Shown here piece by piece: positions 8,849 through 19,761 of a DNA stretch of 64,000 nucleotides (the first letter of the stretch is position 1; each line of letters starts with the position of its first letter). Origin of the DNA: Acidimicrobiales bacterium (GTDB lineage Bacteria > Actinomycetota > Acidimicrobiia > Acidimicrobiales > JBBRKR01). The notes below the pieces were generated by a model. It was given only the letters and a program-made list of their open reading frames with translations. It was not told the origin of the DNA and made no database searches. The DNA lies in the NCBI GenBank assembly GCA_038231795.1, contig JBBRKR010000001.1, forward strand, positions 259,199-323,198. Direction: 5' to 3'. A program made the translations under genes and the position numbers.

Positions 8849-11800
8849 ATGCCGAACGTTCTTTCCGAGCTCGCCCTCAACCTTCGCGACGACCCAGCTT
8901 TTAGCAAAGTGGTCGGCCGTCGCAACATCGTTTTGGCGGTGAGCGACCCCGCCAGAGCATTTGTGATGGCAGGCATCAGCCAACTTGCCGATCGCAAACC
9001 ACTGGTAGTGATCACACCCACGGGCACAGAAGCCGAACATTTGGCGAGCGATCTGCGGGCGTTCCTCGGCGACGACAACGTGCAGCTTTTCCCGGCATGG
9101 GAGACGCTGCCCTTCGAACGTGTGAGCCCGAGCGTGGAAACTATGGGGCAACGCATGCGCACCATGTGGCTGCTACGCCAACCTGATCGTGCGCCAGCCG
9201 TGATCGTGACCGGGGTGCGTTCCTTGATCCAACGATTGAGTCCGCACGCTGATGAAGTGGACCCAGTGGTACTCACGCCCGGGATGCAGATCGATCCCCA
9301 GATTTTGGCGGAACGGCTCGCCCACGATGGCTATCGACGCGAGTACGTGGTGGAGCACCGTGGCGAGTTCTCGGTGCGGGGCTCAATCGTGGACGTGTTT
9401 CCTTCCACCAGCGAAACGCCCATCCGCATCGATTTGTGGGGCGACGATGTGGAACGCCTCACGGAGTTCTCCGTGAACGATCAACGCACCACGGTCGACG
9501 TTGATCGAGTTGAAATATTTCCGTGCCGCGAACTGCTCCCTACCGAGGCTGTGAAGGCGGCTGCTGCGTCGCTGATTGCCGCTGAGCCGTGGGGACGAGA
9601 GCAGTGGGAGCGACTCAGTGAAGGCCTCACTTTTGACGGTATGGAGTCGTGGTTGCCGTGGCTATCGACGTCGGATCGAACCCTCATTGACCTCTTGCCC
9701 GACGATGCTCTATTGGCCATGTGTGAGCCCCGCCGCATGCGCGACAGGGCTGCCGATATTTTGGCAGAGGAAGCCGATTTAGAGAACTCTCTGTCGAAAA
9801 CGTGGGGCGTCGAGAAGGCTGATTTTCCCAAGCTGCATTTGGCGTTCGACGAGCTGTTGGCCAACAACGAATTGGCTGTGTGGACGATTACGCCCACGCC
9901 AGATGGCCCCGACGCGGCAGTGGTGGGCACCGCTACGTGGGATGTGGTGCAAGGCGACGGCCAGGCGTTGTTAAAGCGATGCAAATCCTTGTTGGCCCGC
10001 AAAAGCAGGATCGTGTTGTGCGCCGATACGGAGGTCAGCCGAAAACGAATTTCGGAGATGTTGTCCTTCGAAGGTATCGATCTAGCGGCCAGCATTGTGC
10101 AGCCCTTAGAGCGCGGCGTGATCCTCACCGAGATCAACGTGGCCATCCTCACCGAAGCCGATGTGACGGGGCGTCGGCGGAGCCATCGACGGCCAAAGCC
10201 ACCATCGAAACGTGATACGTCGAGCATCTTCGAAGACCTCAAAACGGGCGACTACATCGTGCACGTGCATCACGGCGTGGGTCGATACGGCGGCATGGTG
10301 AAGCGGGCCCTCGGCGGCTCAGAGCGTGACTACTTGTTGCTCGAGTACAAGGGCGGCGACAAGCTGTATGTGCCGAGCGACCAGATCGATACGGTGCGCC
10401 AATACACTGGCGGCGAGTCGCCCAGTTTGCATCGTTTGGGTGGCACCGATTTTGCCAAGGCGAAATCGCGTGTGCGTTCTGCAGCGCAAGAGGTGGCCGG
10501 CGAACTCGTGGTGTTGTACCAGAAGCGAGTACACGCCGAAGGGCACGCGTTTGGCCCCGATACGCCGTGGCAATACGAGATGGAAGATGCCTTCGCGTAC
10601 AGCCTCACACCCGATCAGCGCAAAGCTGTCGACGCCATCAAAGGCAATATGGAGTTGCCGATCCCCATGGACCATTTGGTGGTGGGCGATGTGGGTTTCG
10701 GCAAAACCGAAGTGGCTGTGCGCGCCGCCTTCAAGGCCGTGCAAGACGGCAAGCAAGTATGTGTATTGGTGCCCACCACACTGTTGGCCCAACAGCACTT
10801 CATGACGTTCAGCGACCGCATGGCTGGCTACCCGATCAGGGTGGAAGTACTGAGTCGATTCCTCACCACAGCACAAGCCAAGAAGGTATCGGCGGCCGTG
10901 GAGGCCGGGCAGGTGGACGTGCTCATCGGCACCCATCGCGTGCTTGGCCAAGACGTGAAATTCAAGGACCTTGGGCTGCTGGTGGTCGACGAAGAACAGC
11001 GTTTTGGCGTGAATCACAAAGAGGCGATGAAGAAGCTCAAAACCAACGTGGACGTGCTCACGTTGACCGCCACGCCGATTCCTCGGACGTTGGAAATGAG
11101 CCTCACCGGTATCCGCGATTTCACGCTGTTGCAGACGCCGCCGGCTGATCGTCAGCCAATTCTCACGTATGTGGGCGAATGGGATGAACGGGCCGCTGGC
11201 GAAGCGATCCGTCGCGAGTTGCTGCGCGAGGGACAAGTATTTTTTGTGCACAACCGGGTGGTCGATATTGATCTCAAGGCTGAGGAGTTGCGCAGGTTGG
11301 TGCCCGAGGCGCGCATTGCTGTGGCCCACGGGCAGATGGACGACGCCAGCCTAGAAAAGGTGGTGTACGACTTTTGGGAAGGCCACTACGACGTGTTGGT
11401 GTGCACCACGATTATTGAGTCGGGCATCGACATGCCCACGGTGAACACGCTCGTAGTGGAGCGAGCCGACATGCTCGGGCTCGGGCAACTTCACCAATTG
11501 CGAGGTCGTGTTGGGCGCGCTGGCCAACGGGCGTACGCGTACTTGTTTTACCCACCCGACAAAGTGCTCAGCGAACAGGCTTATGAGCGCCTCAAGACGA
11601 TTGGCGAAGCAACGGCATTGGGAAGTGGCTTCAAGATCGCGATGCGCGATCTCGAAATTCGCGGGGCTGGCAACTTGCTCGGAGAGTCTCAATCGGGGCA
11701 TATAGCGGCGGTGGGTTACGACCTGTATTGCCAAATGGTTTCGGAGGCTGTGGCTGAACTCAAGGGTGAGACCATCAAACCGCCTGCGGAAATCAAGTTG

Positions 11801-12247
11801 GATTTGCCGCTCGATGCCAACTTGCCAGTGTCATATGTGGAGCGCGAAGAGTTTCGGTTGGAGGCGTACCGGCGATTGGCCGGCGTCACCACCACCGGCG
11901 AAGTGGTCGACATTCGCACCGAATGGCTCGATCGATACGGCCCACTGCCCAAGCAGGCCGAGGCGTTGCTGTCGATTGCCCGGCTGCGGGCGGAGTGTCA
12001 TCGATTGGGTATCCGTGAGGTTTCTGTGGCCCGTGAAATGGCCAAGATCCAACCGGTCACGCTCAAGATCAGTCAAGAATTGCGCTTGAAGCGATTAGCA
12101 AAATCATCGGTGTATAAACCGGAAATGAAACAGGTCCAGGTGCCGGTGGCCGGGCCGATGGCCAAGGTCGACATGGCGATGGCGATCGTGGCTTTGCTGG
12201 CTGAGTTGATGCCCGATGAGACGCCTGTCGTAACCTCTGCATCATGA
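8849..12247 (+). CDS. mfd: Transcription-repair coupling factor
   Basis: CarD-like '[12 protein letters not shown]' and helicase motifs '[11 protein letters not shown]', '[10 protein letters not shown]', 'TATPIPRT', '[11 protein letters not shown]'; 1132 aa. Confidence 0.96.
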   Translation: MPNVLSELALNLRDDPAFSKVVGRRNIVLAVSDPARAFVMAGISQLADRKPLVVITPTGTEAEHLASDLRAFLGDDNVQLFPAWETLPFERVSPSVETMGQRMRTMWLLRQPDRAPAVIVTGVRSLIQRLSPHADEVDPVVLTPGMQIDPQILAERLAHDGYRREYVVEHRGEFSVRGSIVDVFPSTSETPIRIDLWGDDVERLTEFSVNDQRTTVDVDRVEIFPCRELLPTEAVKAAAASLIAAEPWGREQWERLSEGLTFDGMESWLPWLSTSDRTLIDLLPDDALLAMCEPRRMRDRAADILAEEADLENSLSKTWGVEKADFPKLHLAFDELLANNELAVWTITPTPDGPDAAVVGTATWDVVQGDGQALLKRCKSLLARKSRIVLCADTEVSRKRISEMLSFEGIDLAASIVQPLERGVILTEINVAILTEADVTGRRRSHRRPKPPSKRDTSSIFEDLKTGDYIVHVHHGVGRYGGMVKRALGGSERDYLLLEYKGGDKLYVPSDQIDTVRQYTGGESPSLHRLGGTDFAKAKSRVRSAAQEVAGELVVLYQKRVHAEGHAFGPDTPWQYEMEDAFAYSLTPDQRKAVDAIKGNMELPIPMDHLVVGDVGFGKTEVAVRAAFKAVQDGKQVCVLVPTTLLAQQHFMTFSDRMAGYPIRVEVLSRFLTTAQAKKVSAAVEAGQVDVLIGTHRVLGQDVKFKDLGLLVVDEEQRFGVNHKEAMKKLKTNVDVLTLTATPIPRTLEMSLTGIRDFTLLQTPPADRQPILTYVGEWDERAAGEAIRRELLREGQVFFVHNRVVDIDLKAEELRRLVPEARIAVAHGQMDDASLEKVVYDFWEGHYDVLVCTTIIESGIDMPTVNTLVVERADMLGLGQLHQLRGRVGRAGQRAYAYLFYPPDKVLSEQAYERLKTIGEATALGSGFKIAMRDLEIRGAGNLLGESQSGHIAAVGYDLYCQMVSEAVAELKGETIKPPAEIKLDLPLDANLPVSYVEREEFRLEAYRRLAGVTTTGEVVDIRTEWLDRYGPLPKQAEALLSIARLRAECHRLGIREVSVAREMAKIQPVTLKISQELRLKRLAKSSVYKPEMKQVQVPVAGPMAKVDMAMAIVALLAELMPDETPVVTSAS

Positions 12248-12858
12248 CTCTTGCGTTTCGTCCTCGTTTGCTTGTGCGCGCTTTGGCCGGCGTGAGCTTG
12301 ATGGCCCTTTTGGCCACCGGTTGCGACTACAAACCCAGCGACGAGGTGGCCATCAAGGTCAATGGCGAGGTCACCACCATGGGTGAATTTCGGGACTTGG
12401 TCGCTGGTTTGGAAGCCGGACAAAAATGCATTGGTCTACTGAATTTGCCGACGCCCGTGAAATTTTCATCGTCCGGTGCCAACAATTCGGCGGTGCGGTT
12501 TGTGGGCAACCTTGTGAGCCAAAGTGCTGTCCTTCACGGTGTCCTTTCGTCCAAAAACAAGTTGCCGACTGCTGATCAAATAGTGGCTGCTAAGAAGCAA
12601 TTGACCAAAGTGTGTCCCGGCGGTGCGGATGCAGCGTTGTCGACAAAGATGCAGGATCTCCTTACCGGATTTATCGCAGAAAATGTGGTCGTAACAACAC
12701 AGAATCTTGGTTCCGATGCGGGTAGCGCTTTGGCGGCTGCTGACGTTGTCGTCAACCCGCGTGTTGGGCAATGGGACTCTTTAACTGGCTCGTTGACTGC
12801 GCCTCGAGGTCCTGTGCGTGTCAAGGTCGCAACGACAACAACGACGGCAGCACCGTAA
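12244..12858 (+). CDS. Secreted lipoprotein, SurA-N-terminal-like (function unknown)
   Basis: Signal peptide with lipobox 'LLATGC'; 'VAIKVNGEVTTMGEF' resembles the SurA/PpiC-chaperone N-terminal motif; Thr-rich C-terminus; ATGA overlap with mfd. Confidence 0.55.
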   Translation: MTLAFRPRLLVRALAGVSLMALLATGCDYKPSDEVAIKVNGEVTTMGEFRDLVAGLEAGQKCIGLLNLPTPVKFSSSGANNSAVRFVGNLVSQSAVLHGVLSSKNKLPTADQIVAAKKQLTKVCPGGADAALSTKMQDLLTGFIAENVVVTTQNLGSDAGSALAAADVVVNPRVGQWDSLTGSLTAPRGPVRVKVATTTTTAAP

Positions 12859-12860
12859 GG

Positions 12861-14330
12861 GTGAACAACCCGCTTGTGGTGATCGTCGGGCTCGGCCCCG
12901 CCGACGCTTCGTTGATGACCGCCGACGCCCTGCGTCACATCGACTCAATCGCCGTAAAATTCGCCCGCACCCGTCGTCATCCCGCGTGCGACACGCTTCC
13001 CGATGACGTGACATATTTCGATGATGTGTACGAATCGGCCCGCGATATCGCTGATGTTTATCAACGCATTTCTGAGTCCGTGGCCCAGGCGGCGAAGGAC
13101 CACGGCACCGTGTTGTATATCGTCCCCGGTTCGCCGTTGGTGGCAGAGCACACCGTCGAATTGCTGCGTGCCGATCCAACGATCAAGTGCGATATTCGCC
13201 CAGCGCTAAGTTACTTGGATGTGGCGTGGACGGCACTGGGCATCGACCCGTTGGCGGCTGGCGTGCGCCTGGTCGACGGGCACACATTTGCCGTTGATGC
13301 TGCCGGCGAGCGAGGCCCGTTGCTCGTAGCGCAGACTGATCGGCGAGAGGTCCTCAGCGATATGAAGCTGGCCCTCGGCGATGCTGACCTCGACGACTTT
13401 GCGCCGGTCACTGTCCTGCATCATTTGGGTCTCTCCGATGAGCAAGTTTTCGAGCTCAGTTGGGCCGATCTTGATCGCTCTTTTGAGCCCGATCATCTCA
13501 CGTCAATTTGGGTGCCGGAGCTGTCGGCGCCGGTGGCTAGTGAACTCGTGAAATTCAACGACGTGATTCGACGATTGCGCCGGGAATGCCCGTGGGATAA
13601 GGCGCAAACGCACCAATCACTCATGAAGTATTTGATCGAAGAAGCGTACGAAACCGTCGAGGCAATTGGCTTGCTTCGTGAAGGCGATGCCGATACCGAA
13701 GATGCCTTTGTAGATGAGCTTGGCGACGTTTTGTTACAAGTGGTTTTGCACAGCGCCATTGCCGAGCAAGAGGGACGCTTTACGTTGGCCGATGTGGCCA
13801 GTCACGCCACCGAAAAAATGGTCCGGCGCCACCCGCATGTGTTTGCTTCGACGGACGCCGATTCGGCCGAGCAAGTTGCCAAAAATTGGCAGGAAATCAA
13901 GGCTGCCGAACGAGGCGAATCAAGCTCCGTGGCGCGCGCACTCGATGGCGTGAATACCGCCGTGCCGTCGCTCATGCACGCCTACGCCGTGCAACGGGCG
14001 GCGACCAAGGTGGGCTTCGACTGGCCTCACGTAACGGGTGCCTTTGCCAAAGTCACAGAAGAGTTGGCAGAAGTGCAGGAGGCGTCAACCGACGCGGCCC
14101 GGCGAGACGAAATCGGCGACCTGCTCTTCGCCGTGGTGAATGCCGCCCGGCATCTCGGTGTGGAGCCGGAATCTGCATTGCGGGCTGCTACAGCAAAGTT
14201 CAGCGGCCGATTTGAAGCCGTCGAAGATCTCGCCTCAGCCCGAGCAATCCCCATGCTCGGCAGCACCATTGAGACCCTCGACAAACTTTGGGACGAAGCC
14301 AAGGCCCAAGCCAGTTCGCAACCATCTTGA
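12861..14330 (+). CDS. mazG: YabN-type fusion: tetrapyrrole-methylase-like domain + tandem MazG NTP pyrophosphohydrolase
   Basis: N-terminal 'LVVIVGLGPADASLMT' (methylase-fold start). MazG repeats 'CPWDKAQTHQSL..YLIEEAYE' and 'EELAEVQEA..EIGDLLFAVVN'. GTG 12861 is chosen (2 nt after the upstream stop); the track's 12771 extension overlaps the lipoprotein gene. Confidence 0.85.
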   Translation: MNNPLVVIVGLGPADASLMTADALRHIDSIAVKFARTRRHPACDTLPDDVTYFDDVYESARDIADVYQRISESVAQAAKDHGTVLYIVPGSPLVAEHTVELLRADPTIKCDIRPALSYLDVAWTALGIDPLAAGVRLVDGHTFAVDAAGERGPLLVAQTDRREVLSDMKLALGDADLDDFAPVTVLHHLGLSDEQVFELSWADLDRSFEPDHLTSIWVPELSAPVASELVKFNDVIRRLRRECPWDKAQTHQSLMKYLIEEAYETVEAIGLLREGDADTEDAFVDELGDVLLQVVLHSAIAEQEGRFTLADVASHATEKMVRRHPHVFASTDADSAEQVAKNWQEIKAAERGESSSVARALDGVNTAVPSLMHAYAVQRAATKVGFDWPHVTGAFAKVTEELAEVQEASTDAARRDEIGDLLFAVVNAARHLGVEPESALRAATAKFSGRFEAVEDLASARAIPMLGSTIETLDKLWDEAKAQASSQPS

Positions 14331-14374
14331 GGCCGATTTGAAGCGCCGTGAAATCTGACCGTTAGGGCAAATTG

Positions 14375-14923
14375 TCAACAATGGTTGTACGCTGTGCGAA
14401 GCCAGTTCACGACCTCGGCATCGACGTCGCCAATAGTTGTAAGCGACACCTGATGCGAACACATACCTTTTGCTTCGCTGAGCCGGGCTGAGGAGACGAG
14501 TGAACGGTCGTTTAGCCCGAGAATGATACGCGTTGCCGATGCCGCTTCGATCAGAGCGAACTGCTTGTTGCGTCGAAGACTTATCCCTGTCTTTTTCGGG
14601 CTCACGTCGACATCGCTACCGAACGTTCGCGTCGCGTCGAGTAACGCTTCAAAAATCGGACGGAGTGATGCCTTGGCACCCGTGTACTGCGCGTCGATGA
14701 GATCGATACCAGGCTGTTGAGACCCTCCGTCTCGGGCCTCGGTCGCAATGAGATTCGCATTGCCGTGGGTGAGTCCGTGAGTTGACTTGAGCCAGGCAAC
14801 AATTTCACCGTGCTTCACAATTCCGCTCGTTTGGACGAGCACAATCCAGTTGTCGATTGATCGACCAGTGCTCAACTCAATATTTCTCTTTTGAGTGACG
14901 CGAGCGTCCTCCACTATTCCCAT
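14375..14923 (-). CDS. DUF4287/DUF5655-type protein (unknown function)
   Basis: 182 aa. N-terminal 'KHGEIVAWLKSTHGLTHGNANLIA' resembles the DUF4287 signature; the C-terminal half resembles DUF5655. Assignment is from memory of family patterns. Confidence 0.5.
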   Translation of the reverse strand: MGIVEDARVTQKRNIELSTGRSIDNWIVLVQTSGIVKHGEIVAWLKSTHGLTHGNANLIATEARDGGSQQPGIDLIDAQYTGAKASLRPIFEALLDATRTFGSDVDVSPKKTGISLRRNKQFALIEAASATRIILGLNDRSLVSSARLSEAKGMCSHQVSLTTIGDVDAEVVNWLRTAYNHC

Positions 14924-15333
14924 CGACTGTTCCTATTCGAAGAACGTTGCGTCCGGTTATGTCCCTTGGCGAAGTTAACCCCGAAATGAGCATGCGTCCA
15001 CTGGTCGGCCGGATTCATGCGAACCGACCGATGGCTTTCGTTTAATCGCCAACGCGAATCAGCGGCGGGCTGGCGTCGGATCAGGCGGGGAGTTCATGAA
15101 CTGCGATGCGGTGCCGCGCTGGTTCGTGTTCAGTTGAACCCGGCCAGACTTGTAACGAGCATGTCGTTCGACCAGTTCGTCTGCCCAAAATCGCAGAGTT
15201 TGCCCAGTCCAGATCACGTAATTGTCACGCACGACCCGAGATCTTTGGCAATCGCGCCTGAGCGTTAGCCGGGTATACTCCACACCCTTGACGGGCCGTT
15301 TGCGCAGGCATCACGGAGGCGGCCGGCGGCGGA

Positions 15334-16230
15334 GTGGTCGTACGCCATTGTTTGGACGTAGCACCTGTCCAGAGAGCCAGCCGAGTCGCTACGGTGGCTC
15401 GTGTGGATGTTGCCTACTACGCCGCTGCTGGTCCGTTGACGGAGTTGACTGCCCATCAGGTCGAGATGGTCCGCCGGCTTGCGCTTGACCCGGTCGGTCT
15501 GTGTCGCGCAGCGCAGGGTCTTGTGGTCCCTCCTCAAGATGCTTTCGGCGTTGGCCTGTCTGAGCAACGTATGGCCGAACGCAACACCCGGCCGGCGAGC
15601 GCCTTGCTGCAACGGGCGCTCGAACTCGATAGCGTTACTCCGCTTGATGCTCTGCGACCAGTCGATGGAAAGGTGGTCGGAACGTGTCGACACTTCGCCG
15701 TTTTGGCCACTGCCTTCTTGCGAGCGACGAACGTTCCCGCCCGAGCCCGATGCGGATTTGCTACCTATTTCGTCCCGCCAAAAAAGGTCGACCACTGGAT
15801 CACCGAGTACTGGTCGAACGAGGATCAACGCTGGATCCGGATCGACCCCGAGTACCTCGACCGACCGACGCCCGCGCCAGCCCATCCCGGTGATCTTCAT
15901 CCTGGTGAGTTCCTCACCGCCGGCGAGGCCTGGCAACTCGTTCGATCCGGCCGAGAGAACCCTGCCGATTTCGGTGTCTTCGGCACCGAGAATTGGGGGC
16001 CCGGCGAGATACGCGCCAACGCCATGAGAGACCTCGCCAGCGTCGCCTGCAAGGTCGAGATGCTTCCGTGGGATGAATGGGGACCGATGGAAGCGTCCTA
16101 CCGCGGCGATACAGACGACGACTTCGACATGCTCATCGACCAACTCGCTGTCGTCACGCTCGGCCACGACCATATGGACCTGCAGCGCATCTACGAACAG
16201 CTCGCCGTCCCGATATCCATGATTGGCTGA
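15334..16230 (+). CDS. Transglutaminase-like cysteine-protease-fold protein
   Basis: Cys-His-Asp core in the usual order: 'GTCRHFAVLATAFLRATNVPAR', 'DHWITEYW', 'RWIRIDPE'. Confidence 0.7.
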   Translation: MVVRHCLDVAPVQRASRVATVARVDVAYYAAAGPLTELTAHQVEMVRRLALDPVGLCRAAQGLVVPPQDAFGVGLSEQRMAERNTRPASALLQRALELDSVTPLDALRPVDGKVVGTCRHFAVLATAFLRATNVPARARCGFATYFVPPKKVDHWITEYWSNEDQRWIRIDPEYLDRPTPAPAHPGDLHPGEFLTAGEAWQLVRSGRENPADFGVFGTENWGPGEIRANAMRDLASVACKVEMLPWDEWGPMEASYRGDTDDDFDMLIDQLAVVTLGHDHMDLQRIYEQLAVPISMIG

Positions 16231-16282
16231 GCGCGACGGCACCGCCCAGTGAAACCGATGAGCAACCAGGGACGTGGCCGGT

Positions 16283-17719
16283 TCAGAGTCGTAGTTGCTC
16301 GTTCCCAGGAGTCTCGCGGGAACGGCCGGCGGAGATGTAGTTGTTGACAGTGGCTTGGAAGTGGCGGGCTCGCACTTCTTGATAGTTCCCTAGCGTCTGA
16401 CCGAGCTTCTTGCTCGCTTTGAAGCCGCGTGTTTGGGCGGCGAGGTTCCCGGTGTCTTGGTCGAACACGACGCCAAGCGACTTCGGCAATCCGGGCACCG
16501 TTGTATAGCTGTCGTCCACGTCGAGATCGAACGGCACTGCCGGCGGAGGTGTCTTGCCGGAACGTGGTTTCGGCCGCAGGAAAAGCACTTCAAAAATGCA
16601 TCGATCAGGGTCTGGCCCATCGGGCCGGAACCGGTAGCACAATGGGATTTGTAGGCCCGGAAAAAAGAAGGCGTTGGGGAACAGGAAATACTCGATTGAG
16701 TCGATCGTCTCGCTCACTGAAAGGTGTGAGAAGTCGTTGTCGTATTGCTCGCCCAGGATGCCTTGCACATAGCGGGCATATACGTCTCGGGCCCGTTGTC
16801 CATCAGGAATCGGGGGTACATCTTGCCCGGGGTTTTTGCTGTACATCAACATCTTGAGAAGGCTCGCTTCATCGGGTCGCTTGTCGACTGGAACGTGCGG
16901 GCTGGTGGTGCCGATGGTATGAATGAATCGACTCACATGTTCGTCAAAAACGTCGTATTGCGCGTTGGCATCACCTGCGGCGTAGATCGACTGCGAGTGC
17001 GTTTCCAGGATGTGATACGCCTCAAGAAACGCTTCGGCCGACGCCTTCCAGTTGGCGGGCAAGCGCTTGCGGATGTGCACTTCCACATAGCGATCAGCGA
17101 GATCCCAGTTGGCGAAATGGTGGGGGAGGACGCCGAGGTACTCGTCCAACGGCGGTGCGTCGTCGTCGAAATTGACGAAAATGAATCCGCCCCAACGGCC
17201 TGTGCGGAGCTGCGGAAGTTGATACTCCTCAGCGTTGACGTGGGGGAAATCCCATTGACACGGGAGGTCGATCAGTTCACCAGCTAGCGACCATGTCCAA
17301 CCGTGAAAGGAGCAACGCAATTTCGGGCTGTAGCCAGCCGATGCGGGCGGCTTGAGTTGCGTCCCGCGGTGCAAACACGAATTATGAAACGCCCGAACCG
17401 AGCCGTCTGGCCCTCGCACGATGAGCGCTGAGCGGTCCCCAATGTCGTACACGTAGTAGTCACCGGGCTCTGGAATGTGCTCATCGCGACACGCCCACTG
17501 CCACGTACGCGACCACATATAGCGATGCTCTGCGGCTGCTTGGTCGGGGGATGTGAACTCTGTGTAGGGCACGTCGGCATCGCCGTGAAAGGTGTACGAC
17601 TCTTCCAACAGTGCATCAGGCGATGGCGTCGAATCTCCCATGATGAGATCGCGCGTGCTTGGGCCAGGGCAGCGTGCTTCGCCCGGGCGCACGTTGACTT
17701 GTGTGACGCTGTCGGTCAC
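16283..17719 (-). CDS. Rieske non-heme-iron oxygenase, alpha subunit (no beta subunit nearby)
   Basis: Rieske motif 'CLHRG...CSFHGW'; mononuclear iron motif 'EAFLEAYHILETH'; 478 aa. Confidence 0.88.
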   Translation of the reverse strand: MTDSVTQVNVRPGEARCPGPSTRDLIMGDSTPSPDALLEESYTFHGDADVPYTEFTSPDQAAAEHRYMWSRTWQWACRDEHIPEPGDYYVYDIGDRSALIVRGPDGSVRAFHNSCLHRGTQLKPPASAGYSPKLRCSFHGWTWSLAGELIDLPCQWDFPHVNAEEYQLPQLRTGRWGGFIFVNFDDDAPPLDEYLGVLPHHFANWDLADRYVEVHIRKRLPANWKASAEAFLEAYHILETHSQSIYAAGDANAQYDVFDEHVSRFIHTIGTTSPHVPVDKRPDEASLLKMLMYSKNPGQDVPPIPDGQRARDVYARYVQGILGEQYDNDFSHLSVSETIDSIEYFLFPNAFFFPGLQIPLCYRFRPDGPDPDRCIFEVLFLRPKPRSGKTPPPAVPFDLDVDDSYTTVPGLPKSLGVVFDQDTGNLAAQTRGFKASKKLGQTLGNYQEVRARHFQATVNNYISAGRSRETPGNEQLRL

Positions 17720-18213
17720 TCGTGGGCTCCGATCATGGCGGTGCGCTCCAACGAGAATGGAATGTCGGTGCCGATGATTTCCTGTAGCTCCACAATGTTC
17801 CCGTCGGGGTCGCGGCCATAGATGGCCCGCAAGCCTCTGCTACCGATTTCTGCAGTGGTAGGGGGAGCGCTGTGGAATTGCATACCGCCTGCCTTGAGCC
17901 GTTCGTATTCGGCGTCGATGTCGGTCACGTCGAGGCAAATGTGCGTGTAGCCATGGTCGCTCGGGGCCCGGATTGGATCTGCTGGGCGACCAACTGGAGC
18001 CGAATACTCGAACAGTTCAAAGTAGGCGTTTCCTGCTCGCAACATCACCTGGCGGGCTGCGGAGCCGGGGAGGCCAAGGATGCGGTCGATGATTGGACGA
18101 TCGCTCCACTGCGTCGCCATCACTTGCTCGAAGCCGACCACGTCAATGTAGAACGCCGCCAACCGATCCAGGTTCGGTGTCGAGATCGCCGTGTGATGAA
18201 TGCCCCGGATCAT
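17716..18213 (-). CDS. VOC/glyoxalase-family single-domain protein
   Basis: 'IHHTAISTPNLDRLAAFY' and 'HICLDV', typical of the vicinal-oxygen-chelate fold; 165 aa; 4-nt overlap with the downstream Rieske gene. Confidence 0.8.
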   Translation of the reverse strand: MIRGIHHTAISTPNLDRLAAFYIDVVGFEQVMATQWSDRPIIDRILGLPGSAARQVMLRAGNAYFELFEYSAPVGRPADPIRAPSDHGYTHICLDVTDIDAEYERLKAGGMQFHSAPPTTAEIGSRGLRAIYGRDPDGNIVELQEIIGTDIPFSLERTAMIGAHE

Positions 18214-18391
18214 TGTGCGCAGCCCGACACGAGCCGCATGCGTGCTTGTCTATCTCGGACGTCACTCAAAGCAGTGCTCCTTCGACCGACGCACGATCCG
18301 TCGGATTTGCTGAATGCTGGGTAGGTTAACGCTCATCGCCGGTGGGCTCGAAGTGGAGCATCCGGCCCGAGACTTGAGGTCGAAGGGTGTC

Positions 18392-19747
18392 ATGACAGAT
18401 ACTGCCGAACAGCGCGTCGATATCCGAGGGATCAGCCGCGACAAGGCACCCGAACCTTTCCTCAGTGATACGGCCATTCGCGGCGATCGGTATTGGTCGC
18501 CTGAGTTCCTCCGCAAGGAACACGATGCGTTGTGGCCTCGCGTCTGGCAGGTCGCTGGGCGCGTCGACCAGGTGCCCTCGCCCGGCGACTACATCACCTA
18601 CGAGATCGGCCGCGACTCTGTGATAGCCGTGCGTGGCGATGATCGAGAGGTACGTGTTTTCTTCAACGTGTGCCAGCATCGGGGGAATCGGTTGGTCACC
18701 GCCGAGGTCGGATCGTTACTCACAGGAGAGTTTCAATGCGCCTATCACGGCTGGCGTTTCGGCACCCAAGGTCGCCTCAATTGGGTGCCCGACGAGGACG
18801 ACTTTCCTCAAGGCAGCCCGTGCGGAGTTCGCAACCTTATTGAGATGCCGTCTGATATTTGGGCAGGTTTCATCTGGTTCAACATGGACCAAAATGCCAC
18901 GCTGCTGCGTGAATGGCTCGACCCTGTGGCCGATCATCTCGATGGGTATCGCATGGAGAATATGAAGCGCACGCACTGGGTCACGGTGGAGGGTGCTTTC
19001 AATTGGAAGTGCGTGCAGGACAACTTCAACGAGAGCTACCACCTGCCTTACGTGCACCCCCAAACACTGGCCACGCTCAACGAACATCACAGCGGCAGCC
19101 AATTCGATCTATACGAATCAGGACATGCTCGGATGCTGATGCCCGGCGGGGCACCAGGGCCGCACTATCGGGGCAAGCCCGATCGCACACTCAAAGGTCT
19201 CGGCCCCGATCTTGAATTTTGGGATGTCGATCCTGCTCCATTTCACGACGATCTTTCTGGCCTGCGCGTTGAGTTACAACGACGCAAACGTGAACTGGGT
19301 GCCTCAAAGGGCTACGACTTTTCCGGCTATTCCGATGAGCAACTGACCGACAACTATCACTACACGGTGTTCCCAAACATCTCGTTCAGCATGAAGCCCG
19401 ACGGATGTATTTGGTTGCGGGCCACACCTCACCCGACCGACCCAGAACGGTGCTCATTCGACATGTGGTACCTCACGCTCTTTCCGGAAGGCTCCAAGGA
19501 ATACTGGTCAAATTCGATGCGCGATTGGGTGTCGATCGATCATCAAGTGGAGCATCAGACAGGCATTGCCGGCGAGGTGTCGTGTGGGCCCGGAATCGAC
19601 CAGGACGTGGCTATCTGGAACACCCAGCAACAAGGCTTGAGGTCGCGCGGATTCCGTGGCGACTACATGCCGTGGCAGGAACGTCGAGTTCGCTTCTTTC
19701 ATGACAACATCGATAAGTACCTCGCTCTCGGCCCACTCGAGAACTAA
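18392..19747 (+). CDS. Rieske non-heme-iron oxygenase, alpha subunit
   Basis: 'CQHRG...CAYHGW'; iron motif 'NFNESYHLPYVH'. ATG 18392 is preceded by AAGGG; the track start 18314 is an upstream extension. Confidence 0.88.
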   Translation: MTDTAEQRVDIRGISRDKAPEPFLSDTAIRGDRYWSPEFLRKEHDALWPRVWQVAGRVDQVPSPGDYITYEIGRDSVIAVRGDDREVRVFFNVCQHRGNRLVTAEVGSLLTGEFQCAYHGWRFGTQGRLNWVPDEDDFPQGSPCGVRNLIEMPSDIWAGFIWFNMDQNATLLREWLDPVADHLDGYRMENMKRTHWVTVEGAFNWKCVQDNFNESYHLPYVHPQTLATLNEHHSGSQFDLYESGHARMLMPGGAPGPHYRGKPDRTLKGLGPDLEFWDVDPAPFHDDLSGLRVELQRRKRELGASKGYDFSGYSDEQLTDNYHYTVFPNISFSMKPDGCIWLRATPHPTDPERCSFDMWYLTLFPEGSKEYWSNSMRDWVSIDHQVEHQTGIAGEVSCGPGIDQDVAIWNTQQQGLRSRGFRGDYMPWQERRVRFFHDNIDKYLALGPLEN

Positions 19748-19761
19748 AAGTGGATCCATCG

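Noticed and set aside
9481-11329. Long antisense ORFs inside mfd (9481-10242 minus, 10319-11329 minus). Similar shadow ORFs occur elsewhere: 15265-16242 minus, 44237-45163 minus, 45266-46204 minus, 47426-48331 plus, 56825-57835 minus, 29292-30119 minus.
   Set aside because: They overlap genes with unambiguous catalytic motifs. Their translations are Arg/Gly/Ala/His-rich low-complexity strings without any recognisable motif. Long stop-free antisense frames are expected in GC-rich DNA.
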